This document shows positions 1 to 7,504 of a stretch of DNA of 11,970 bases, one piece after another. This DNA comes from Gemmatimonadota bacterium. Lineage in GTDB: Bacteria; Gemmatimonadota; Gemmatimonadetes; Gemmatimonadales; GWC2-71-9. The position numbers were made by a program, and so were the translations under genes. The DNA is taken from assembly GCA_039588295.1 (NCBI GenBank), contig JBDHAB010000071.1, positions 1-11,970 on the forward strand. Direction: 5' to 3'. Below the pieces are notes generated by a model. The model had not been told where the DNA came from, did no database searches, and was given only the letters and a program-made list of their open reading frames with translations. The first letter of the stretch is position 1. Every line of letters begins with the position of its first letter.

Positions 1-1904
1 TGACCGTCGGGAGAAAGAGCGTGGCTGGGCTCGCCGTGGGCGCCACCACGACCGTGACCATCGACTGGAACACGGCGCAAAGTTCGATTGGCACGCACAC
101 GCTGACCGCGCACCACGATCTTGCGGACGATGACGCGTCGAACGACCAGGGCTCGACGACCGTCACGGTCACCGATCCGGGTGGTCCCGGCCCCGTGACC
201 GATCTCGCCGTGATCAACGTCGCCGCGGTACCGGAGTTGGTGCAGGGCAACATCGCCGGCGTCAACGTGACCGTGAGCAACCTGGGCGATCAAGACGTCG
301 GCACGAGCTTCAACGTGATTCTGGACGACGACACGGACGGCGTGACCGTCGGGAGCAAGAGCGTGGCTGGTCTCGCCGCAGGCGCGACCACGACCGTGAC
401 CATCGACTGGAACACGGCCACGAGCTCACTCGGCCTGCACACGCTGACCGCCCACCACGACTTCGCGGACGAAGACCCGTCGAACGATCAAGGCTCGACG
501 ACCGTTCGGGTGAACGACTCCAGCGGGAACTCACCGGTCACCGACGTCGCCGTCACCAGTGTCAGCACCCCGGCGTCGCCGGTGCAGGGTGACATCGCGC
601 CCGTCAACGTGACCGTCGAGAACGTCGGCACTGAGGATGTCGGTGCCACGTTCACCGTGACGCTCGTGGACGACACCGACGGCGTGACCGTCGGCTCGCA
701 GAGCGTGGCCGGCTTGGTGGCCGGCGCCACAACGACCGTGACGATCGATTGGAATACCGCCCAGAGCTCGATCGGCACGCACACACTGACCGCGCAGCAC
801 GACCTCGCGGACGAGGACGCGTCCAACGATCAGAGCTCAACGATCGTCACGGTCAACGACCCGGGCGGCCCGCCGCCCGTGACCGATCTGGCCGTCACCA
901 GCGTCGCCGCCGTGCCGGAGTTGGTGCAGGGCAACATCGCCGGCGTCAACGTGACCGTCGAGAACGTGGGCAATCAGGATGTCGGCGCCACGTTCACCGT
1001 GACCGTCGTGGACGCCACCGACGGCGTGACCGTCGGGAGCAAGAGCGTGGCCGGGCTCGCCGTGGGCGCCACGACCACCGTGACCATCGACTGGAACACG
1101 GCCCAAAGCTCGCTCGGCCTGCACACGCTGACCGGGCGGCACGATCACCCCGACGCCGATGCGTCGAACGATGAGGGCTCGACGACCGTCCGGGTGAACG
1201 ATCCTGGCGGGGGCTCGCCGGTCACGGACGTCGCCGTTACCAGTGTCAGCACCCCGGCGTCGCCCGTGCAGGGCGACATCGCGCCCGTGAACGTGACCGT
1301 CGAGAATGTGGGCAATCAGGATGTCGGCGCCACGTTCACCGTGACGCTCGTGGACGACACCGACGGCGTGACCGTCGGCTCGCAGAGCGTGGCCGGTTTG
1401 GCTGCCGGAGCCACGACGACGGTGACCATCGATTGGAACACGGCGCAGAGCTCGATCGGCACGCACACACTGACCGCGCAGCACGACCTCGCGGATGAGG
1501 ACACGTCCAACGATCAAAGCTCGACCATCGTCACGGTCAACGATCCGGGCGGCCCGCCGCCCGTGACCGATCTGGCCATCACCAATGTCGCCGCGGTACC
1601 GCAGCTGGTGCAGGGCAACATCGCCGGCGTCAACGTGACCGTTGCGAACGTCGGCGATCAGGACGTCGGCACCACGTTCAGCGTGACCGTGATGGATGAC
1701 ACGGACGGCGTGACCGTCGGGAGCAAGAGTGTGGCCGGGCTCGCCGTGGGCGCGACGACCACCGTGACCATCGACTGGAACACGGCCCAGAGCTCCATCG
1801 GCACGCACACGCTGACCGCGCACCACGATCTTGCGGACGATGACGCGTCGAACGATCAGGGTTCGACCACCGTCACGGTCACCGACCCCAGCCCACCGGC
1901 CGAG
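1..1904 (+). repeat. Intragenic tandem array of 342-bp (114-aa) units: one partial and five full copies
   Basis: Unit starts (VTD codons) fall at 195, 537, 879, 1221 and 1563, exactly 342 nt apart. There are two unit types: A (VTDLA..VAAVP.LVQGNIAG; 195, 879, 1563) and B (VTDVAVTSVSTPASPVQGDIAP; 537, 1221). Confidence 0.95.
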
Positions 1905-2234
1905 ATCCATGTGGGCGATCTGGACGGCCTTGCCTCCAACGACGGCAGGACATGGTCGGGAACGGTCGAGATCACCGTGCACGACGGAAACCACACTCCA
2001 GTAGACGGCGCGTACGTGGCTGGGACGTGGAGCGAAAGCGCTGTCGTGACCCAGTATTGCACGACGAGCGGCGGGACCTGCATCGTCACGTTCGCGGGTC
2101 TCAGGAAGAAAGTCGGCTCGATCACTTTCACGGTGACGACGGCTGCCCTGGCGGGCCAGACTTATGTGGCCGGGCAGAACCACGACGCGGACGGAAGCAG
2201 CAACGGCACGTCGGTCACGGTGAACAAGCCGTAG
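3..2234 (+). CDS. Large CARDB-like Ig-repeat surface/secreted protein, 5'-partial
   Basis: The frame is open to the window edge (3: ACC GTC GGG AGA AAG AGC GTG = TVGRKSV), so GTG 21 is not the true start. It contains Thr/Val/Asp-rich 114-aa repeats with the CARDB-like pattern DLAV..V...VNVTV.N.G...V...GL..GATTTV.IDW.T....G.HTL.A..D..D.D.SND, followed by a non-repeat domain ending VTVNKP-TAG. Confidence 0.85.
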   Translation, partial: TVGRKSVAGLAVGATTTVTIDWNTAQSSIGTHTLTAHHDLADDDASNDQGSTTVTVTDPGGPGPVTDLAVINVAAVPELVQGNIAGVNVTVSNLGDQDVGTSFNVILDDDTDGVTVGSKSVAGLAAGATTTVTIDWNTATSSLGLHTLTAHHDFADEDPSNDQGSTTVRVNDSSGNSPVTDVAVTSVSTPASPVQGDIAPVNVTVENVGTEDVGATFTVTLVDDTDGVTVGSQSVAGLVAGATTTVTIDWNTAQSSIGTHTLTAQHDLADEDASNDQSSTIVTVNDPGGPPPVTDLAVTSVAAVPELVQGNIAGVNVTVENVGNQDVGATFTVTVVDATDGVTVGSKSVAGLAVGATTTVTIDWNTAQSSLGLHTLTGRHDHPDADASNDEGSTTVRVNDPGGGSPVTDVAVTSVSTPASPVQGDIAPVNVTVENVGNQDVGATFTVTLVDDTDGVTVGSQSVAGLAAGATTTVTIDWNTAQSSIGTHTLTAQHDLADEDTSNDQSSTIVTVNDPGGPPPVTDLAITNVAAVPQLVQGNIAGVNVTVANVGDQDVGTTFSVTVMDDTDGVTVGSKSVAGLAVGATTTVTIDWNTAQSSIGTHTLTAHHDLADDDASNDQGSTTVTVTDPSPPAEIHVGDLDGLASNDGRTWSGTVEITVHDGNHTPVDGAYVAGTWSESAVVTQYCTTSGGTCIVTFAGLRKKVGSITFTVTTAALAGQTYVAGQNHDADGSSNGTSVTVNKP

Positions 2235-2360
2235 CGGCCCACGCCGATTCGCTCGGTGACGCGACCGGGTGTGGTCGGCGCGGCCATCGGGCGGTGGGAC
2301 GACACTCCATGCATCAGGGTGTTCGTGGCTGACTCGGTCGTGGGATCAGTTCAGACGACG

Positions 2361-2391
2361 AAAGCGCCCGGCAGGAAGCCGGGCGCTTTTA
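2361..2391. terminator. Intrinsic terminator, probably bidirectional, between convergent genes
   Basis: Perfect 12-bp inverted repeat AAAGCGCCCGGC (2361-2372), loop AGGAA, GCCGGGCGCTTT (2378-2389). The T-tract is TTTT on + and TTT on -. It lies between the stops at 2234 (+) and 2460 (-). Confidence 0.8.
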
Positions 2392-2459
2392 TGCCAATCT
2401 GAGTAGGTGGCAGCCCACCTACTACATTTGCCACGAACCTTCCTGCTAACGGAACTTCC

Positions 2460-5400
2460 TTACGACCCGCCGTGCAGCTCGGCCAACTTCGCGAGGGCGC
2501 GGAGCGCCCAGATGTAGCTGGAATCTGCATCGCTCCAAATGTCGAGCGCCCTTCGGAGGCTTACCACCGCGTCACTGTTACGGCCCATGTCCGCATAGAC
2601 CAGCGCGAGCTCGTAGTGCGTACGTGGGGCAGCGGGGCTGATCCGCTGCGCCTCGAGAATCAACGCCTCGGCCTGTTCCAGGTTGCCGAGCCCGCGATAC
2701 GCTTCCCCGAGTTGGCGCGCAATGGACCAGTCGCTCGGGTTCAGGCGGCGTTGCTCCTCCCAACTCGCAACGGCCCCCTGGTAGTCACCCCGGAGATAGT
2801 GCGCACGGCCACGCGCATAGGCGACGAGCGGCTGGAGGAACGCCCACGAGAACTGCTCGATGAGTCGCTCCGTAGCGACAACGGCACTGTCGATCCGGCC
2901 CGGATCCTCGAGCGCGACTGACAATCGGAGCCGGCCCAGCGCAGACAACCCGTCAAACGGCGGTTGTAGCGCCCCACTGATGGAGTCGAAGATCGCCAAT
3001 GCGCGGGCGGTATCGCCGGCGTAGACGTAGTCGTCGAGGTCCTGCAGCCGGTTCACTGCCACCTGGAGCGGGGGCAGAGATGTCACCTCGGCCGCGACCT
3101 CACGCTCGCGATACTGAAGCGCCTCACGCGCGCGTCCGCGAAACAGGTAGTAGGACGCAAGCCCCCCCAACGCGGTCGCGCTGTCGCTCGCGGTTCGTGC
3201 GGTGCCCAGCGCGTTTTCATACTGTGGCAGGGAGGCGTCGAAGCTGCCGGTGACCAGCTCCAGGCGTGCGAGTTTGACCGCCGTCGTCACGTCGCCCGGA
3301 TCGATGAGCAGCGCACGCTCGAACGCGGTTCGAGCCTCGTCGTGCCTCCCCAGCGTGACGTGCAGATCCGCGATCTGCGTGAACGAACGCTCGTCGTCTG
3401 GGTTGAGGCGCGCGTAGCGGCCATACGCGTCGAGCGCTTCGTCGTACTCGCCAAGCGACTGATGCAGGTCACCGATCTCCCGTAGGAAGTCTTGTTGCTG
3501 CGGATCGAGCTCGAGAATGCGCTCGTAGGTCTCGATCGCCTCCCTGCGGAGATTGCGATAGGCCTGGGTCTGGGCCACCGCCGTCAGTGCCGTGACATCT
3601 TCCGGATACAGCTCGGCGTTCATCTTCAGCAGCGCATACGCCTTGTCGGCCTCCTGCCGGAGGGTATACCACTCGGCCCTGACCTGGTTCTGCAACCGTT
3701 CCGGCAGGCGGTATGCGTGATCCACGGCGGCCTGGAGTGGCGCGCGACTCTCCTCGCCGCGGTTCAGCAACAGATACACCACAAAGAGCTGAAGCTGGGC
3801 CGCCGCGAAGGTCTCGTCTTCAGCGACCGCCTCCTCGAGCAACTGTGCTGCCGTCTCCCAGTCGTCCCGGACCACGATGGCTTCTTGCATGCGCCCGTAA
3901 CGCTCGAACGCGGCCTGCGAACTGGTGAGCAGCTCGGCGGCAGGCAGGTCACGGATCCGTTCGCGGTAGCCCTCCGGGACTTGAGCGGAACCGGCGACGA
4001 CCTTTGACAACTCATCGACTAGCTCGAGCGGATCCGTTCCGCGGACGGTGGTGTCGCTGATGAGGTCACCATTGCCGGTCTCGTAGAGCGACATGGTGAC
4101 GATGATCTCGTCGCCTTCGGTTGTCACCTGTCCCGAGACGAACTGGTCGCGGAACTGCTCTGCCGCAAGCTGTCGCTTGAGCGCGAGTGGCACGCCGGTC
4201 AGAGCGCGGAAGCCGGCTTCCCTAAGCGGATCACGGTACTGGCCCGGACCCCGCTGATCGATGAACAGATTCTGATGGAGATCAATCGTCAGCGCAGCAG
4301 GGATCCCATACCCCAACCAGTGGGCCCTCGCATCGGATTCATCGGCGTCGAAATAGAAGACGGTGATGCGCTTGCGAAACTCGGCCTTGGGAATGACCCG
4401 CTCGACGACGTTGCCGTCCTCGTCGGTCAGGGTCACGGCCACCGTGGCGGCACCGAGATCTTTGCCGCCGAAGAGCAGGACCAGCGCCAGGGCTGCCGCT
4501 ACGACGTTGGCAGACACGCCAGCCGTTTGTGCCGCACGCCATCGGGTGCCGCCATTCCCCATCGTGTACGCGACAACGGCAACCGCAGGGAGCAGAAACG
4601 CTAAGAAGGCGAGCACGAACCGGGGCAAGTGCGGCGACAGCGCGAGCCGGTCAGCGACGACACTCACGCCGAGCCACGCCAGGATCGCCGCCACCACGTA
4701 CGCGGTCATAATGCCGAGCACGCGCGGACGGAGCAGCCTCGGGACCACGCCGCCCTGGGACCTCGCTCGGATGACCGCGATACGCCCAGTGAGCGCTTCG
4801 GCGAGTTCTTGCGCCGTACGGAAGCGGTCCGCCGGTTCCTTCGCAAGCGCCTTGGCCACGGTGGCATCGACGTTCTCCGGCACGGCTGGTCGGATCGCGC
4901 GCAACGAGGGCACGGCATCGGTAGTATGGCGGGCAATGATCTCACGGGCCGACCCGCCGGAGTACGGCGGGTTGCCGGTCACCATCTCGTAGAGCACGCA
5001 GCCCAGCGAGTAGATGTCGCTTCGGCCGTCGACACGGTCGGCGAGTGCCTGTTCGGGGCTCATGTAGGCCGGCGTTCCCACCGCCATGCCCGTCTGCGTG
5101 AGCTGCCGGTCGGCCGACTCGGCCGCGCGTGCAATCCCGAAATCGGCCACGACGGGCCTGCCCGACAGGAACAGGATGTTCTCCGGCTTGATGTCGCGGT
5201 GCACGAACCCGTGCTCGTGCGCGTGGGTAAGCGCCTGGGCGACCTCCCGCGCGACGTCGAGCGCGTCCTCGAGCGGCAGCGGCCCTTCACGCTGCAACCG
5301 GTCGCGGAGGGACCCACCCTCGACGTACGGCATGACGTAGTAGAGTTGGCCCGCCGCTTCGCCCGAGTCGTATAACGGGAGGATATTGGGATGGTTCAGC

Positions 5401-5606
5401 TTCGCGGCAGTCTTGATCTCCCGCAGGAACCGCTCGCTGCCCAGGTGCTCCGCGTACTCCCGACCGATGGCCTTGATGGCGACCTGCCGGTCGTGCTTGC
5501 GGTCGTGCGCCAAGTACACGATGGCCATCCCACCGCGGCCAAGCTCCCGCTCGATGTCGTAGCGGTCGGCCAAGGCGGCGCGGAAACGCTCGAGGTCGTC
5601 AGTCAT
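2460..5606 (-). CDS. Membrane-bound Hanks-type Ser/Thr protein kinase with about 3 TM helices, a TolB-N-like alpha/beta segment and C-terminal TPR repeats
   Basis: Kinase motifs: LGRGGMAIVY, VAIK, E of RFLREI, HRDIKPENIL, DFGIA, GTPAYMSPEQ, DIYSLG. There are three hydrophobic segments (VLGIMTAYVVAAILAWLGVSVVA; FVLAFLAFLLPAVAVVAY; VSANVVAAALALVLLFGG) and TPR-like helix pairs (EAIETYERILELDP, EALDAYGRYARLNP, EARTAFERALLIDP). ATG 5606 is preferred as the start; GTG 5627 is an alternative. Confidence 0.92.
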   Translation of the reverse strand: MTDDLERFRAALADRYDIERELGRGGMAIVYLAHDRKHDRQVAIKAIGREYAEHLGSERFLREIKTAAKLNHPNILPLYDSGEAAGQLYYVMPYVEGGSLRDRLQREGPLPLEDALDVAREVAQALTHAHEHGFVHRDIKPENILFLSGRPVVADFGIARAAESADRQLTQTGMAVGTPAYMSPEQALADRVDGRSDIYSLGCVLYEMVTGNPPYSGGSAREIIARHTTDAVPSLRAIRPAVPENVDATVAKALAKEPADRFRTAQELAEALTGRIAVIRARSQGGVVPRLLRPRVLGIMTAYVVAAILAWLGVSVVADRLALSPHLPRFVLAFLAFLLPAVAVVAYTMGNGGTRWRAAQTAGVSANVVAAALALVLLFGGKDLGAATVAVTLTDEDGNVVERVIPKAEFRKRITVFYFDADESDARAHWLGYGIPAALTIDLHQNLFIDQRGPGQYRDPLREAGFRALTGVPLALKRQLAAEQFRDQFVSGQVTTEGDEIIVTMSLYETGNGDLISDTTVRGTDPLELVDELSKVVAGSAQVPEGYRERIRDLPAAELLTSSQAAFERYGRMQEAIVVRDDWETAAQLLEEAVAEDETFAAAQLQLFVVYLLLNRGEESRAPLQAAVDHAYRLPERLQNQVRAEWYTLRQEADKAYALLKMNAELYPEDVTALTAVAQTQAYRNLRREAIETYERILELDPQQQDFLREIGDLHQSLGEYDEALDAYGRYARLNPDDERSFTQIADLHVTLGRHDEARTAFERALLIDPGDVTTAVKLARLELVTGSFDASLPQYENALGTARTASDSATALGGLASYYLFRGRAREALQYREREVAAEVTSLPPLQVAVNRLQDLDDYVYAGDTARALAIFDSISGALQPPFDGLSALGRLRLSVALEDPGRIDSAVVATERLIEQFSWAFLQPLVAYARGRAHYLRGDYQGAVASWEEQRRLNPSDWSIARQLGEAYRGLGNLEQAEALILEAQRISPAAPRTHYELALVYADMGRNSDAVVSLRRALDIWSDADSSYIWALRALAKLAELHGGS

Positions 5607-5639
5607 CGGGTCTCGGTCGTGCAGCACTCATGGCCATTG

Positions 5640-5669
5640 AGAATACCTGTGAGGGGTCACGCCGGGCAA
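5640..5669 (-). promoter_or_regulatory. Putative sigma70-type promoter of the kinase gene
   Basis: On the minus strand: TTGCCC (5669-5664), 18-nt spacer, TATTCT (5645-5640), about 35 nt upstream of ATG 5606. Confidence 0.45.
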
Positions 5670-5878
5670 TCGGTCGCGGCCCCGTGATCCTCTGTTGCCC
5701 CGTCTCGCACGCGCGTCCCCTTACCCTCACCCCGCCCACATGTTTCATGCTCGTGCACGGCCGATGGAGTCGAGAGCGAAGCTGCCCGGTAGACTCGCTA
5801 GCCTCACGCGTTCAAGCTGTGTCGGGCGAGGCCGCGCGTCGCGTACTCCAAACCGGACAAAACGGTTACACAATCTGC

Positions 5879-5906
5879 TTGCGCCAGCTCCGAGCGTCAC
5901 CATCTT
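5879..5906 (+). promoter_or_regulatory. Possible promoter for the radical SAM gene
   Basis: TTGCGC (5879-5884), 16-nt spacer, CATCTT (5901-5906), preceded by an A-rich patch at 5850-5875. The match to consensus is weak. Confidence 0.25.
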
Positions 5907-6095
5907 AGCGTCATCGAAATCGTACCGTCCCTGGCCTCGACGGCCCGCCTCGTCAGCGCGAGCGCCTGCTCCAAGACGCCCCACCGACAGACGAGACCGC
6001 CAGACCACTGACGGCAACGCGTCTCGTCGATCGAGCATGCCGGCTGCCGGTGCTCGCGGCATTTGTCCTGGCGGTTCGTGACAGGAGGGTCGTTC

Positions 6096-7139
6096 ATGCA
6101 GGACCAATCGAGAAGACAGTTCGTCGGATCGACCTCGTTAGCGGTGGTAAGCTTGGGTCCGACGCTTCCCGGCCTCATCGCGCGATGCCGGCAACGACTG
6201 CGTGTCCGGTCCCAGATCGACCCCGACTTCGAGCCCGGATACCTCACTCTCCACAGGACCGGGGAACTCAAGCAGCGGGGAGAAGCACTGTGGCAGCTCA
6301 TGCAGAGCTGCACGCTCTGCCCCAGGGAATGCGGTGCGGCGCGACTCGACGGACGGCCAGGCTTCTGTCAGGGAACCTCCCAGCTGGTGATTGCTTCCTA
6401 CCACCCGCATTTCGGAGAGGAGCGGCCGCTGGTCGGGCGCGGAGGGTCCGGCACGGTGTTCTTCAGCAACTGCAATCTGCGCTGTGTTTTCTGCATCAAC
6501 TGGGAGATCAGCCAAGGGGGTGAGGGTGCGCCCCGCGGCGTCGATGACCTGGCCGAGATGATGCTGCACCTGCAGGAAATCGGCTGCTCCAACGTCAACG
6601 TCGTCACACCGACCCATTACTCGCCGCACATCGTGCTGGCACTTGATCTCGCCGCCGCCCGAGGGCTGCGGCTGCCGCTGGTCTACAACACCAACGGCTG
6701 GGAGCGTCTGGAGATCCTGCGGCGCCTGGACGGTGTTGTGGACATCTACCTTCCCGACTTCAAGTACGCTGAGAGCGCGATGGCGTCGAAGTACTCGTCG
6801 GGAGCAGACACCTACCCCAAGATCACCAAGGCCGGTCTACTGGAGATGCACCGCCAGGTGGGTGTCGCGAAACCGGCAGCGGACGGACTGATGTACCGGG
6901 GCTTGATGATCCGCCACCTCGTGATGCCAAACGGGGTCAGCGGGGCTAAGGAAGTGATCGACTGGATCGCCCAGAGCCTGCCGAAGGACACGTACGTCAA
7001 CATCATGGCGCAGTATCGGCCCATGTACAAAGCCTCAGAGTATCCCGCCATCTCCCGGCGTCTGAAGCGCAGGGAGTACTCCGAGGTCGTCGAGTACGCG
7101 AGGCAGGCTGGTCTCACGAATCTCGACATCCAGGGCTAG
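6096..7139 (+). CDS. Radical SAM Fe-S protein, PflX-like (COG1313-type), with an N-terminal twin-arginine-like leader
   Basis: Strong SD AGGAGGG (6083-6089) before ATG 6096; 347 aa. It has the CxxxCxxC motif CNLRCVFC (6471-6494), the N-terminal Cys cluster CTLCPREC...GFC, and family motifs HFGEERPLVG.GGSGTVFFS, NVNVVTPTHY, PLVYNT, DIYLPDFKY, IRHLVMP and YVNIMAQYRP. Confidence 0.9.
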   Translation: MQDQSRRQFVGSTSLAVVSLGPTLPGLIARCRQRLRVRSQIDPDFEPGYLTLHRTGELKQRGEALWQLMQSCTLCPRECGAARLDGRPGFCQGTSQLVIASYHPHFGEERPLVGRGGSGTVFFSNCNLRCVFCINWEISQGGEGAPRGVDDLAEMMLHLQEIGCSNVNVVTPTHYSPHIVLALDLAAARGLRLPLVYNTNGWERLEILRRLDGVVDIYLPDFKYAESAMASKYSSGADTYPKITKAGLLEMHRQVGVAKPAADGLMYRGLMIRHLVMPNGVSGAKEVIDWIAQSLPKDTYVNIMAQYRPMYKASEYPAISRRLKRREYSEVVEYARQAGLTNLDIQG

Positions 7140-7174
7140 GCGCGTGGGATGAGGTGCGCCGGCAGACCCCGGGA

Positions 7175-7504
7175 TCAGAACACTGTGGTTGCCTTGAGAA
7201 AGAGTGTATTTCCCTGCTCGGAGCGCTCCCCAAACTCGGCCGTGCCACGCTGAAACACGAGCTGAAGCGTCCCGAACGGCGGGCGATATCGATAGACGAA
7301 GACGGCCTGGATGTCTTCCCGGTCAATGACAGAGTTGGTCTGGAAGAACAACCGCAGGAAGAGGTCCTTGGTGAAGAACTGGTCGGCACGCACGACATGG
7401 ATCCACGTGCTCTCGTTCTCCGGGTCGGGATCGAGGGTCAATCGCTCGAGATCGTATTGAACGGAGAGAGCGGACGTGAGCTTGTACGCCGCCCCCACGG
7501 TCAG
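7175..7504 (-). pseudogene. 3' fragment of an outer-membrane beta-barrel protein gene (resembles DUF5916-type C-termini)
   Basis: About 107 aa of alternating amphipathic strands (AAYKLT, LSVQYDL, IHVVRADQFF, LFLRLFFQ, IQAVFVYRY, TLQLVFQ) ending LFLKATTVF, with the terminal Phe typical of BAM substrates. There is no signal peptide and no SD, and an in-frame TAG lies at 7546-7544. The family assignment is from memory. Confidence 0.65.

Noticed and set aside
1..1904. CRISPR array or DGR template/variable repeat
   Set aside because: The repeats are 342-bp in-frame coding units without unique spacers. Differences are mostly at third codon positions and not adenine-specific, and no cas or reverse transcriptase gene is present in the window.
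837..2183. 448-aa antisense ORF over the repeat gene
   Set aside because: It is a shadow frame produced by GC-rich, repetitive codon usage. The translation is His/Arg/Gly-rich with no protein motifs.
2232..2285. Stop-codon readthrough (PYLIS/SECIS-like) at TAG 2232 followed by a hairpin
   Set aside because: VTVNKP looks like a natural domain end and there is no other evidence of recoding. The hairpin is more simply 3' UTR structure.
5630..6313. ORFs 5630-5908, 5695-6081, 5745-6107 and 5897-6313 in the divergent region
   Set aside because: They are Arg/Ser/Pro-rich, overlap each other, lack a convincing SD or motifs, and cover likely promoter DNA.
6096..7139. Calling the radical SAM gene pflA (true PFL activase)
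   Set aside because: The motifs fit the uncharacterised PflX-like group, and no glycyl-radical enzyme is encoded in the window.
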